Positions 1 to 7,983 of a stretch of 24,000 nt of DNA are shown piece after piece. Within the stretch, counting starts at the first letter, position 1, and every line of letters begins with the position of its first letter. The stretch comes from an uncultured Anaerolineaceae bacterium. Lineage in GTDB: Bacteria > Chloroflexota > Anaerolineae > Aggregatilineales > Aggregatilineaceae. The stretch covers positions 119,544-143,543 of the forward strand of contig CAYRNY010000002.1 of the NCBI GenBank assembly GCA_964425755.1, written 5' to 3'. Under the pieces are notes generated by a model that had not been told where the DNA came from, did no database searches, and worked only from the letters and a program-made list of their open reading frames with translations. The position numbers and the translations under genes are program-made.

Positions 1-1065
1 ACGGACGGTGCGGCGAGCAACAACGACCTGGACATGTTCGAGGAGCTGCGGCTTGCCGCGCTGCTGGTGAAAGGCGCGACCCATGACCCGGTGGTGCTGC
101 CCGCTAAAGAGGCGCTGCTGATGGCGACGCGCTGGGGGGCTGAGGCGCTGCATCTCGACCACCTGACCGGCAGCCTGGACGTGGGCAAACGCGCCGACCT
201 GATCGTGCTGGACCACGCGCCGGCGCACAACATCCCGCACTTCGAGCGCGACCCCGGCGGGGTGTATTCGCGCGTGGTATACGCGAGCCAGGCGGCGGAC
301 GTACAACATGTGATGGTGAACGGGCGCTGGCTGATGCGCGACCGTGAGCTGCTGACGCTGGACGAGGACGCGATCCGGGCTAAGGCGCAGGACTACGCGC
401 GGCAGATGGACGAGTTCCTGATCGCGCGGGAAGGGAACGTGCTTAACAAGCTGGTGGCGATCGGTGGCTTGCAGCAGGAGGAGAGCTTCGAGATTCAGGT
501 CAAGGCGTTGGTGGATGACGAAGCGGTGATCGAGCGCTTGCTGGCGCACGAAGCCGTGGGCATGGTCCGGCACAAGCATTACCGCCAGTACGACACCTAT
601 TTCCTGTTCGACGACGAGTCACAGGGGCGCGTGCGCTACCGCGAGGACGACCTGATCACCGAGGGGGATGACGTGGCGAACGTCCGCACGCGCCTGACGT
701 ACACCATCCCCGACAAAGAGCGCGAATTTGACGAGGCGATTCTACTGTCCCACTCGCGTTTCATCGCGCCTGCCGACCGCCCGCTGCGCTTCTACCGCGA
801 ATATTTCCAGGCCGGGCAGGAATGCGAGATCCACAAGGATCGCCTGCGCTGGCACGTGCTGTATAAGGGCGTGCTGTTCTACGTCAACCTGGATCGCGTG
901 ATGGAACCGCCATCCGATCGCCGTTACGTCGAGATCAAGGCCCGCACGTGGTCCGCCACCGACGCCGAATACAAGGCCGAACTGGCGTCCGAGATTCTCG
1001 ATGACGTGTTGGGGATTCCGGCAGATGCACGCGTGAAGATGGAATACGTCGAGTTGTGTGAATAG
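1..1065 (+). CDS. Metal-dependent amidohydrolase (MTA/SAH-deaminase-like nucleoside deaminase), C-terminal portion, fused in frame to a C-terminal CYTH (CyaB/ThTPase-type triphosphate tunnel) domain; 5' end lies outside the window
   Basis: Frame 1 is open from nt 1. TDGAASNNDLDMFEELRLAALL and LDVGKRADLIVLD are typical C-terminal motifs of MtaD/SsnA/guanine-deaminase-type amidohydrolases. From about nt 481 a second ~195-aa module shows a CYTH-like strand pattern (SFEIQVKAL, RQYDTYF, RVRYRED, RTRLTYT, HKDRLRW, VNLDRV..RYVEIKAR). Stop TAG at 1063-1065 is followed by a hairpin. Confidence 0.75.
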   Translation, partial: TDGAASNNDLDMFEELRLAALLVKGATHDPVVLPAKEALLMATRWGAEALHLDHLTGSLDVGKRADLIVLDHAPAHNIPHFERDPGGVYSRVVYASQAADVQHVMVNGRWLMRDRELLTLDEDAIRAKAQDYARQMDEFLIAREGNVLNKLVAIGGLQQEESFEIQVKALVDDEAVIERLLAHEAVGMVRHKHYRQYDTYFLFDDESQGRVRYREDDLITEGDDVANVRTRLTYTIPDKEREFDEAILLSHSRFIAPADRPLRFYREYFQAGQECEIHKDRLRWHVLYKGVLFYVNLDRVMEPPSDRRYVEIKARTWSATDAEYKAELASEILDDVLGIPADARVKMEYVELCE

Positions 1066-1092
1066 ACGATTTGTGATGTGATTTTATTGCAG

Positions 1093-1122
1093 ACGGGGCA
1101 GGGGCTAGAACCTCTGCCCCGT
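1093..1122. terminator. GC-rich hairpin between convergent genes (putative bidirectional terminator)
   Basis: ACGGGGCAG (1093-1101) is the reverse complement of CTGCCCCGT (1114-1122). It lies in the 71-nt gap between the + strand stop at 1065 and the - strand stop at 1137. U-tracts are weak. Confidence 0.45.
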
Positions 1123-1136
1123 TGTGCTGTGGCTGT

Positions 1137-2510
1137 TTAGCGACGCGCGTGTGTCGCGTGCGGGATCAACTGGCGCAGCGAGCGAGCGCGGCGTCGCCGG
1201 GCGTCCGTTTCGAGCATATGCATGCTCTCCGGCAGGCTCCACGCGGCGAGTGCACCCGCGCCCGCGATCACGATCAGGATCACGAATACGGTGTGCAGCC
1301 CGGCCACGCTCGCGATGCCGCCCAGCAATGCCCCCAGTAGCCCGACCACGCCGATCACGGTGTTGCTAAGCGCGACGTACATCGGGCGGTCGGTATCCGG
1401 CGTGCTGTCGATCAGATACGTGTCGGCCCCCAGGCGCACGCCCGCGAACGCGAAGTTGATGCCCAGGAACGGGATCGCGTAGAGCACGGGCAGCCGCCAG
1501 TCGAGGGGCAGGGCCGAGATCAACAGCACGCCCAGCCCCGACAGCGCGCTGATCGCGGCGGCCCCGGACAGCACGAGGCGGCTGTCCCGGTCGGCGTGCC
1601 GCGCCCAGAAGCCGTTGCTCAGGATTTCGGCCAGCGCGACCGCGATCATGTACAGACCCAGGCTGACGCCGCGCTCAGCCGTTGTGAAGCGCAGTATTCC
1701 CAGCGCGAAGAACGGGATCGTGAGCTCGATGATCAGCAGCAGGGCGCGCGTGCTGATGTAGTGGCGAAAGCCGGGGAACCGCCGCAGCAGGTCGATCCCG
1801 GCGCGTACTTCATGCAGCGGATTGCGCCGCGCGGCGGTTTCGCCGTTGTGCTCGACCATCCCCGCGACGATCGCCGCCGCCACGAACCACATGAGCGCGG
1901 CTCCACCCAGCAGCACGAGGTACGGTGTGACGCTGGCGCTGTCAATGCCATACGTCTGCACCAGCAAGCCCATGCCCAGTGTGATGATCCCGCCGAACGA
2001 CGCGCGCCGCGCCAGTAGCAGGCCGCGCTGCCCCGCCGGGATCGTCTTGGCGACCACGTCCAGGAAGGACAGCACGCCCAGGCTAACGGCGATGCCGTAC
2101 AGTCCGGTGAGCACGACAAGCGCTACGCCTGCCGCATAAGGGGGCAGCAGCAGGGTAGCGGCGATCATCAACAGCAGGATCGGCGCGCGCGTTAGCGCGG
2201 TTGCGATCCAGATCCATTTGCGCTTCTTAAAGGCGCGCATCTGCCCTGAAAGCGCGAGCTGCGGGAGCAGCACGCTCGCTTTGAACACCGGCATCAGCAA
2301 CCCGAACAGCACCGTCGGCGCGGCGATGGCGGTCATCAGCAGTGGCAAAATCAAGGACGGGCTCGCCAGTTTCCCGGCGAGGGTGGTCGTGCCACCGTGA
2401 ACGATATTCAGCAGGAAGTTGCGGCGATGATGCGGCGCGACGTCGTGCGCACCGGCCAGGGTGGTATAAGCGCGTTCGCTGATTGTCTTGTGTGGGTACT
2501 GCTCGTGCAT
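1137..2510 (-). CDS. MFS-type transporter (about 12 TM helices), substrate unknown
   Basis: Maximal ORF is 1137..2675. It is hydrophobic throughout with many helix-length segments and a basic loop (MRAFKKRKW) early on, as in MFS loop 2-3. The first 55 codons of the maximal ORF are Pro/Ala/His-rich and not membrane-like, so I prefer the ATG at 2508-2510 (MHEQYPHK...). Family call is from topology and composition only. Confidence 0.7.
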   Translation of the reverse strand: MHEQYPHKTISERAYTTLAGAHDVAPHHRRNFLLNIVHGGTTTLAGKLASPSLILPLLMTAIAAPTVLFGLLMPVFKASVLLPQLALSGQMRAFKKRKWIWIATALTRAPILLLMIAATLLLPPYAAGVALVVLTGLYGIAVSLGVLSFLDVVAKTIPAGQRGLLLARRASFGGIITLGMGLLVQTYGIDSASVTPYLVLLGGAALMWFVAAAIVAGMVEHNGETAARRNPLHEVRAGIDLLRRFPGFRHYISTRALLLIIELTIPFFALGILRFTTAERGVSLGLYMIAVALAEILSNGFWARHADRDSRLVLSGAAAISALSGLGVLLISALPLDWRLPVLYAIPFLGINFAFAGVRLGADTYLIDSTPDTDRPMYVALSNTVIGVVGLLGALLGGIASVAGLHTVFVILIVIAGAGALAAWSLPESMHMLETDARRRRARSLRQLIPHATHARR

Positions 2511-2683
2511 ACAATCTCTCTGCCCGCAGGCTTCGATAGGGTCAAACACCGGGGACTCTAGCACTGTTTGTGGCGGGCCGGTACCGTGAGTTGGGCTCCG
2601 TATGATAGCCGTTGGGTTGTAGTCAAAATGGGCGGTTGCGGGTGGGGCGTGCTGGCAGCGTGCGGCAGGCATCACGGCCCCGG

Positions 2684-2713
2684 AATCAAAACCGGGCGGT
2701 GTGGGCCGCCCGG
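2684..2713 (-). terminator. Intrinsic terminator of the xylose operon
   Basis: CCGGGCGG (2692-2699) and CCGCCCGG (2706-2713) form a perfect 8-bp GC stem with a 6-nt loop. On the minus strand the stem is followed directly by TTTTGATT (2684-2691). It lies 30 nt downstream of the xylB stop at 2744. Confidence 0.65.
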
Positions 2714-2743
2714 ATCCGGTGCGCGGTGGTCGCGGGGACCGGC

Positions 2744-4231
2744 CTACAGACCCGCGATGCGGTCGAACGCCGGTTTGAGCAGCGGATATAGCTCGCGGTA
2801 CAGCGCGTAGAACGGTTCGTAGGTTGCAGCGTCTGGCCCCGGGTCGACGCGCGCGCCGGTCTTGACGGTCGCTTTGGCGGCAGTGGGTACGTCCGGCCAG
2901 ATGCCCCCGCCGACACCCGCCAGCAGCGCCGCGCCGTAGGCCGCCCCTTCGACGGCTTCCGTCACGATCAACGGCACGTTGAACACGTCCGCCAGGATTT
3001 GCCGCCAGACGGGACTTCTCGCACCGCCGCCACTGACGCGTATTTCGTTGATGATCCCGGCTTCGCTCTGTTTGATCAGCTCGAAACCGTCGCGCAAGCC
3101 GAAAGCGACGCCTTCCAGCACGGCGCGGGTCATGTGCGGGCGCGTGTGGCGCGAGGTCAGCCCGATGAACGATCCGCGCGCGTACGGGTCGGGGTGCGGG
3201 GTGCGTTCGCCGGTGAGATAGGGCAGGAACAACAGCCCGTCAGCGCCCGGCGCGATGTCGCGGGCTTCGCCGGTCAGGGCGTCGAAGTCCTTGCCGGGGG
3301 CGAGCGTGTCGCGGTACCATTGCAGGCTGCCCGCCGCGCTGAGCATCACGCCCATGAAGTGCCATTGGCCCGGCACGGCGTGACAGAATGCATGCAGCCG
3401 CCCGTCGGGTTCGTAGGCGTAGGACGCCAGCGGCGCGAAGACCACGCCGGACGTGCCGACGGTCAGGGCGACGATCCCCGGTTCGACCGCGCCGACGCCG
3501 GTCGCCTGTGCGGACTGGTCCCCGCCCCCGCCGACGACGGGTGTCCCGGCCTGCAACCCGGTCAGGTCGGCAGCTTCTGCACTGACCGTGCCGGTGATCT
3601 GAGGGCCTTCGTGGACTTTGGGCATCCAGGCGCGGGGGATGTCCAGCGCGTCGAGCATGACGTCCGACCACTGGCGTTCGGCGACATTCAGCAGCAGCGT
3701 GCCTGCCGCGCCCGCCAGGTCGGTGTGATAGTCGCCGGTCAGTTTGAAGCGGATGTAATCTTTCGGCAGCAGGACGTGCGCGATCCTGGCGTATACGTCC
3801 GGCTCGTGATTGCGCACCCAGAGGATTTTGGGCGCGGTGAAGCCGGTGAGCGCGCGGTTGCCGGTCAGTTCGATCAGGCGCTTGGCCCCGATCGTTTCAG
3901 TGATCGCGTCACATTCGGCCTGCGTGCGCTGGTCGTTCCACAGGATCGCCGGGCGCAGAACCGCGCCCGCGTCGTCCAGGCAGACCAGCCCGTGCATCTG
4001 CCCGGTCAGCCCGATCCCTTTGATGGCGCTGGCGTCGATGCCATCCAGCACGGTACGGATCGAAGCGACCATGCCGTTCCACCAATCTGCCGGGTCCTGT
4101 TCGCTCCACAGCGGGTAGGGCTGGCTGAGCGGGTGGGGCGTGGTGTGGCTGGCGACGACCGCGCCGGTCTCGTCGATAATGAGTGCTTTTGAGCCGGTGG
4201 TGCTGACATCTAAACCCAGTAAGTAGCTCAT
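2744..4231 (-). CDS. xylB: Xylulokinase (FGGY carbohydrate kinase family)
   Basis: 495 aa. The N-terminus LGLDVSTTGSKALIIDETG and the motif SEQDPADWW are characteristic of xylulokinases. FGGY C-terminal motifs (GGGARS) are present. AGGAGAGG RBS precedes the ATG. It lies directly downstream of xylA. Confidence 0.9.
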   Translation of the reverse strand: MSYLLGLDVSTTGSKALIIDETGAVVASHTTPHPLSQPYPLWSEQDPADWWNGMVASIRTVLDGIDASAIKGIGLTGQMHGLVCLDDAGAVLRPAILWNDQRTQAECDAITETIGAKRLIELTGNRALTGFTAPKILWVRNHEPDVYARIAHVLLPKDYIRFKLTGDYHTDLAGAAGTLLLNVAERQWSDVMLDALDIPRAWMPKVHEGPQITGTVSAEAADLTGLQAGTPVVGGGGDQSAQATGVGAVEPGIVALTVGTSGVVFAPLASYAYEPDGRLHAFCHAVPGQWHFMGVMLSAAGSLQWYRDTLAPGKDFDALTGEARDIAPGADGLLFLPYLTGERTPHPDPYARGSFIGLTSRHTRPHMTRAVLEGVAFGLRDGFELIKQSEAGIINEIRVSGGGARSPVWRQILADVFNVPLIVTEAVEGAAYGAALLAGVGGGIWPDVPTAAKATVKTGARVDPGPDAATYEPFYALYRELYPLLKPAFDRIAGL

Positions 4232-4276
4232 GATCCTCTCCTAACGTGCGAACCATACGTTGCTGAACGGGGAAGG

Positions 4277-4366
4277 TCCCCCTCTGGCCGCGTATCAGCG
4301 TGCCAGAGAGGGGGCAGACAGGGAATTAGTAACGCTTGTTTTGCGCGGCCAACGCAAAAACCAAGC
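4277..4366 (-). other. Two stem-loops in the xylA-xylB intercistronic spacer (possible partial terminator or mRNA-stability elements)
   Basis: Hairpin 1: CCCCCTCTGGC (4278-4288) pairs with GCCAGAGAGGGGG (4302-4314), giving 11 bp with a 2-nt bulge. Hairpin 2: GCTTG-TTTTGCG (4334-4345) pairs with CGCAAAAACCAAGC (4353-4366). Neither is followed by a clean U-tract on the minus strand. Confidence 0.35.
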
Positions 4367-4394
4367 TCTCTGCAGCATAGCTATCAAGGCGGCA

Positions 4395-5561
4395 CTACCG
4401 CACGCCGAGCAGCAGTTCGACCGTAAGCTGGTCCAGTTTTTCGTATAGCAGGTCGCGCTTGCCGAGCGCTTCGCGGTCGAAGGTCTCGCGTTTCAGGCGC
4501 GCGGCTTTCTCGGCGCTGTAACCGCCTGCCACCCAGCCCAGCGCGCTATCGCCGGCGTTGATCTCCGCCAGCAGGCCCTGGATCTCTTGGTCTTCGTTGA
4601 ACTGCGCGGCCTTCTCTTTCAGGATCAGGTACGAGCGCATACACCCGCGTGCGAAGGCCTTGACACCCTCCGGGCCTTCGGTGCGGTAGGCGTGTGCATC
4701 GAAGTGGCGCGGGCCGTCATAGCCGACATCTTCAAGGAACTTGACCAGGAAGAAGTTCTGTTTGAGCATCTCCGAGGCGAAGCGGAAGTCCTGGTCATAA
4801 CGCCCGAAAAGCTGGTCATTCAAGTCGATGTGAAACAGCTTTCCTGCATCCCAAGCCTGCGCGACGGCGTGGTAGAAGTTGAGGCCCGCCATGTGCTCGT
4901 GCGCGACCTCCGGGTTCACGCCGACCATGTCCGGGTGGTCCAGTGTGGCGATGAAGCCGAGCATCGCGCCGGTGGTGGGCAGGTAGATGTTGCTGCGCGG
5001 CTCGTTCGGCTTGGCTTCGAGCGCGAATTTCAGGTCGTAGCCCTGGTCGAGCACGTAATCGCAGAGGAAGTTGATCGCCTCGCGAAAGCGTTTGCCGGCC
5101 TCGACGGCGTCCTTACCCGCGTCGGTTTCGGTCCCTTCGCGCCCGCCCCAAAAGACGTAGATTTTCGCGCCGAGTTCGACGCCGAGATCGATCGCGTACA
5201 TCGTCTTCTGGAGCGCGTAGGCACGCACGCGCGGGTCGTTGGACGTGAAGGCCCCGTCTTTGAACGCCGGGTCATAAAACAGGTTGGTCGTCGCCATCGG
5301 CACCACGACGCCCGTATCGTCCAGCGCCTGTTTGAACTCCGCGACGATCCGGTCGCGTTCGGCGGGCGTGGCGTCGATCGGGACGAGATCGTTGTCGTGG
5401 AAATTCACGCCCCATGCGCCGACCTCCGCCAACAGGTGCACGATGTCGACGGGCGACAGCGGATCACGCACGGGCGCGCCGAACGGGTCGCGGCCCGGGT
5501 TGCCGACGGTCCACAGGCCAAACGAGAATTTGTGTTCCGGTCTGGGATTGTAGTTGCTCAC
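4395..5561 (-). CDS. xylA: Xylose isomerase, class I (short, actinobacterial/Thermus type)
   Basis: 388 aa with [33 protein letters not shown] and [14 protein letters not shown] motifs. GTG start at 5559-5561 is preceded by AAGGAGGG at 8-nt spacing. Confidence 0.95.
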   Translation of the reverse strand: MSNYNPRPEHKFSFGLWTVGNPGRDPFGAPVRDPLSPVDIVHLLAEVGAWGVNFHDNDLVPIDATPAERDRIVAEFKQALDDTGVVVPMATTNLFYDPAFKDGAFTSNDPRVRAYALQKTMYAIDLGVELGAKIYVFWGGREGTETDAGKDAVEAGKRFREAINFLCDYVLDQGYDLKFALEAKPNEPRSNIYLPTTGAMLGFIATLDHPDMVGVNPEVAHEHMAGLNFYHAVAQAWDAGKLFHIDLNDQLFGRYDQDFRFASEMLKQNFFLVKFLEDVGYDGPRHFDAHAYRTEGPEGVKAFARGCMRSYLILKEKAAQFNEDQEIQGLLAEINAGDSALGWVAGGYSAEKAARLKRETFDREALGKRDLLYEKLDQLTVELLLGVR

Positions 5562-5610
5562 GAGGTATGCCCTCCTTTACTGCTAACTGTTCGGTGTCAT
5601 GCGCGGGCCA

Positions 5611-5629
5611 TAGACGCGCCCGGCGTCTA
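5611..5629. promoter_or_regulatory. Perfect 7-bp inverted repeat TAGACGC-N5-GCGTCTA between xylR and xylA (candidate operator or small hairpin)
   Basis: TAGACGC (5611-5617) and GCGTCTA (5623-5629) are exact reverse complements. The right arm overlaps the xylR stop codon (5627-5629). The site is 50-68 nt upstream of the xylA start. Confidence 0.25.
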
Positions 5630-6883
5630 CGCTGCGGGTTGTTTGAACGCAGCGGGATCGTTGAGAATCTGCTGGCACACGCGCGCCACACCGCCGATCA
5701 CGCAAGCGTCCGCGCCGTGTTTGGCCTGCATGACGCGCGTGGCCTGGGCGTGCCAGCGCAGCGCACGCCGCGCGATCACGTCTTCGATGATCGGGATCAC
5801 GATCTCCCCGGCCAGGCTAAGCGGCCCGCCAAACAGAACCAGGTCGGGATTCAGCGCGTTGACCAGCGACGCGATCCCGATGCCGAGCTTCTCCCCGATG
5901 CCGTCGAGTACTGCACGGGCGACCGCGTCGCCGTTGCGAGCGGCTTCGACGATCTGCGCGACGGTCAGCGCGTCCAGGTTGTCGCCGGTCATGGCGCGCA
6001 GGGTGCTGGGCGCGCCCTCTTCGATCGCGCGGCGGACCTCGCGAAACAACGCCGCCTGGCTGACCTGCGTCTCCCAGCAGCCGCGATTGCCACAATTGCA
6101 CAGGATGCCGTCGGGGTCCATCGTCATGTGGCCGAACTCGCCCGCGAACCCGGTGATGCCCGTGTCGACCTGGCCCGCGCGTACCACCGCGCCACCAAGC
6201 CCGATCCCGACGCTGATGAACAGCACCTGTTCATGGCCCTTCGCTGCGCCGAAAAAGTATTCGCCCAGCGCGGCGAGATTCGCCTCGTTGTCGATGAAGA
6301 CCGGCACATCAGGGAACGTCTCTTGCAGCAGGTCCAGCAGGGGGACGTTCTCCCAGTGCAGGTTGGGCGCGAAGAGCAGCGTGCCGCTGCGCTGTTCAAC
6401 CAGGCCCGGCACGCCGACCGCGATCCCCAGCACGCGTCTGCTGCCGGTGCATTCTGCGCGGCAGCGTGCCATCACGTCGCGCAGCAGTGCGATCAAACGC
6501 GCGATGATCGTGTGCTGGCCCGATGTGGGGCGGGTGGTCTCGTAGCGCTGCTGGAGGATCTCGGCGGCGAAATTGGCGCACTTGACCGAGATAAAATCGA
6601 CGCCAAGTTCGGCGCTGATGATCAGGCCGGCGTCGGGGTTGAGTTCGAGCATCACCGAGGGCCGCCCGACGCCGCTGGAGTTGATCCCGGCCTCGCGGAC
6701 GAAATCCAGCGCGTGCAGCTCCTGGACGAGGCTGGAAACGGTGGATTTGTTCAGCCCGGTGATGTCGGCCAGCGCCGCGCGGGACAGCGTGGCGTTTTCA
6801 AACAGGCGGCGCATGATCAGCGAGAGGTTGATCGCGCGCACAAGCATCTGATCGCCGGTTCGGTAACGCGCCTGACGGGGCAT
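5627..6883 (-). CDS. xylR: ROK-family transcriptional regulator (N-terminal wHTH + ROK sugar-kinase-like domain), likely xylose repressor
   Basis: 418 aa. The N-terminal MarR-like HTH reads LSRAALADITGLNKSTVSSLVQEL. The ROK zinc motif CNCGNRGCWE and the glycine-rich VGVPG/GIGLGGA segments are present. It heads the xylA-xylB genes on the same strand. Confidence 0.8.
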   Translation of the reverse strand: MPRQARYRTGDQMLVRAINLSLIMRRLFENATLSRAALADITGLNKSTVSSLVQELHALDFVREAGINSSGVGRPSVMLELNPDAGLIISAELGVDFISVKCANFAAEILQQRYETTRPTSGQHTIIARLIALLRDVMARCRAECTGSRRVLGIAVGVPGLVEQRSGTLLFAPNLHWENVPLLDLLQETFPDVPVFIDNEANLAALGEYFFGAAKGHEQVLFISVGIGLGGAVVRAGQVDTGITGFAGEFGHMTMDPDGILCNCGNRGCWETQVSQAALFREVRRAIEEGAPSTLRAMTGDNLDALTVAQIVEAARNGDAVARAVLDGIGEKLGIGIASLVNALNPDLVLFGGPLSLAGEIVIPIIEDVIARRALRWHAQATRVMQAKHGADACVIGGVARVCQQILNDPAAFKQPAA

Positions 6884-7000
6884 TCGTAAAAATAACCTTT
6901 AATAGAATGATAATTTGTCGTGTTGGTGGTCAATGTATGTTATGTAATTTTGTAAGAAGCAGTTTTGTTTGTTGCACCAACCAACTAATTACATTGTACG
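6884..7000. promoter_or_regulatory. AT-rich intergenic region upstream of xylR: putative promoter/operator region
   Basis: The drop in GC here is the sharpest in the window. It contains the inverted repeats ATGTAATT (6942-6949)/AATTACAT (6987-6994), CAATGTA (6931-6937)/TACATTG (6990-6996), and GTTGGTGG (6922-6929) against CACCAAC (6975-6981). No transcription data are available. Confidence 0.35.
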
Positions 7001-7291
7001 TCGATTTTGGCCTGCCGTCAACGTCTGGCGCAAAGTTGGGCGCATCTCGGATTCCAGGCAGTTCTGGCTACCCTTGAGTGGAAAAACGCGAATTGTCGCC
7101 ATTGTGCCTAAAACTTGAAATGCACCCCGCAGGTTGGTGCCGGTGCGACACGCGGCTGCTGGCGTTCGTTTTTTGGCGGGGGTGGTCCTTTTGTGTCAAT
7201 ATCGGTGTGCGCGAGCCGCGAGGTGGTGCGCGCCGGGAAACAACTGGCTTGGTCGATCTGGGCGGAAGCTTCACATGTCAGGTGGCTTGCA

Positions 7292-7966
7292 TTGTTAAGC
7301 GAAATACTCGACGCACTCGCCACGTGGGGCGAAGAAACCGTTCGCGTGGTCGGATTGCCCGGGATCGTGCTGCTGGCGTTTCTGGAAAACCTGTTTCCCG
7401 GCACGCCATCCGAATTCTTGTATCCGCTGGCGGGCAAGCTGGCTTACGACGGTAAGCTGGTTGTCTGGCGTATTATCGTGGCGGGGGTAGCCGGCTCGCT
7501 GGCCGGGTCGCTACTGTACTATTATCTCGGCTACCGGTTGGGCGAAGTGCGGGCCAGGAACGCGATCGCGCGCTTTGGACAGTTTCGACTCCTGGGCGTG
7601 CAGTTCACGATCGTCTCCGTGGCAGATTATGACCGCGCGGTGGACGTGTTCCGGCGGCGCGGGGGCAGCATTGTGCTGGTGGCGCGGCTGATGCCGCTGG
7701 TACACAGCGTCATCTCAATCCCCGCCGGCGTCACACAGATGGGGTTGCGCGCGTTTATTTTCTACACGGCCCTGGGGTCGGCGCTGTGGATCGGTCCCCT
7801 GACCGTGCTCGGCTGGTGGCTGGGGAGCAACTGGGAGCGCGTGCTGTACTGGATGGACGTGTATGAATACGCCTGGTATGCCGTGATGGGACTGGGCCTG
7901 ATGATCTACATCGTCCGGCGCAGGCGATCCAGATGGCGCAGTGATGGCGCGCACCACGCAGAATAG
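7292..7966 (+). CDS. DedA-family (SNARE-associated/VTT domain) membrane protein
   Basis: Maximal ORF is 7115..7966. The DedA-like core includes LENLFPGTPSE, YYYLGYRLG and RLMPLVHSVISIPAG. The first ~59 codons of the maximal ORF are Cys/Trp/Arg/Gly-rich and not protein-like. TTG at 7292 is preceded by AGGTGG (7280-7285) and gives a typical ~224-aa DedA. The ATG at 7115 remains an alternative start. Confidence 0.75.
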   Translation: MLSEILDALATWGEETVRVVGLPGIVLLAFLENLFPGTPSEFLYPLAGKLAYDGKLVVWRIIVAGVAGSLAGSLLYYYLGYRLGEVRARNAIARFGQFRLLGVQFTIVSVADYDRAVDVFRRRGGSIVLVARLMPLVHSVISIPAGVTQMGLRAFIFYTALGSALWIGPLTVLGWWLGSNWERVLYWMDVYEYAWYAVMGLGLMIYIVRRRRSRWRSDGAHHAE

Positions 7967-7983
7967 CGGTGTTATCAAGGTGA

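Noticed and set aside
2511-2675. N-terminal 55-codon extension of the MFS maximal ORF
   Set aside because: The extension is Pro/Ala/His/Thr-rich and non-hydrophobic, and it runs into the region next to the xylB terminator. The internal ATG at 2510 gives a normal-length MFS protein.
2999-4192. 397-aa + strand ORF antisense to xylB, plus several shorter ORFs in the same span
   Set aside because: It is a shadow ORF opposite a clear xylulokinase. Its composition is dominated by R/A/G/D/V with no motifs.
4587-6889. Very long + strand ORFs (4587..6545, 652 aa; 5414..6889, 491 aa) antisense to xylA and xylR
   Set aside because: They lie opposite genes with unambiguous family motifs. Their translations are Arg/Ala/Gly/Pro-rich low-complexity sequence with no recognisable domain. 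This is typical stop-codon-depleted shadow ORFs in GC-rich DNA.
6907-7077. 56-aa Cys-rich small ORF (MIICRVGGQCMLCNFVRSSFVCCTNQ..., 5 Cys in the first 23 residues), below the track threshold, in the xylR upstream region
   Set aside because: It has no Shine-Dalgarno sequence. It uses AT-rich codons atypical for this genome, and it coincides with the AT-rich promoter/operator region. It is most likely a chance ORF, although small-peptide proteomics or conservation could revisit it.
7115-7291. ATG-initiated 59-codon extension of the DedA ORF
   Set aside because: The composition is odd (C, W, R and G runs, FFGGGGPF), there is no RBS, and GC is lower. A TTG at 7292 with an AGGTGG RBS gives the canonical DedA length. 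I kept it as an alternative because it uses ATG.
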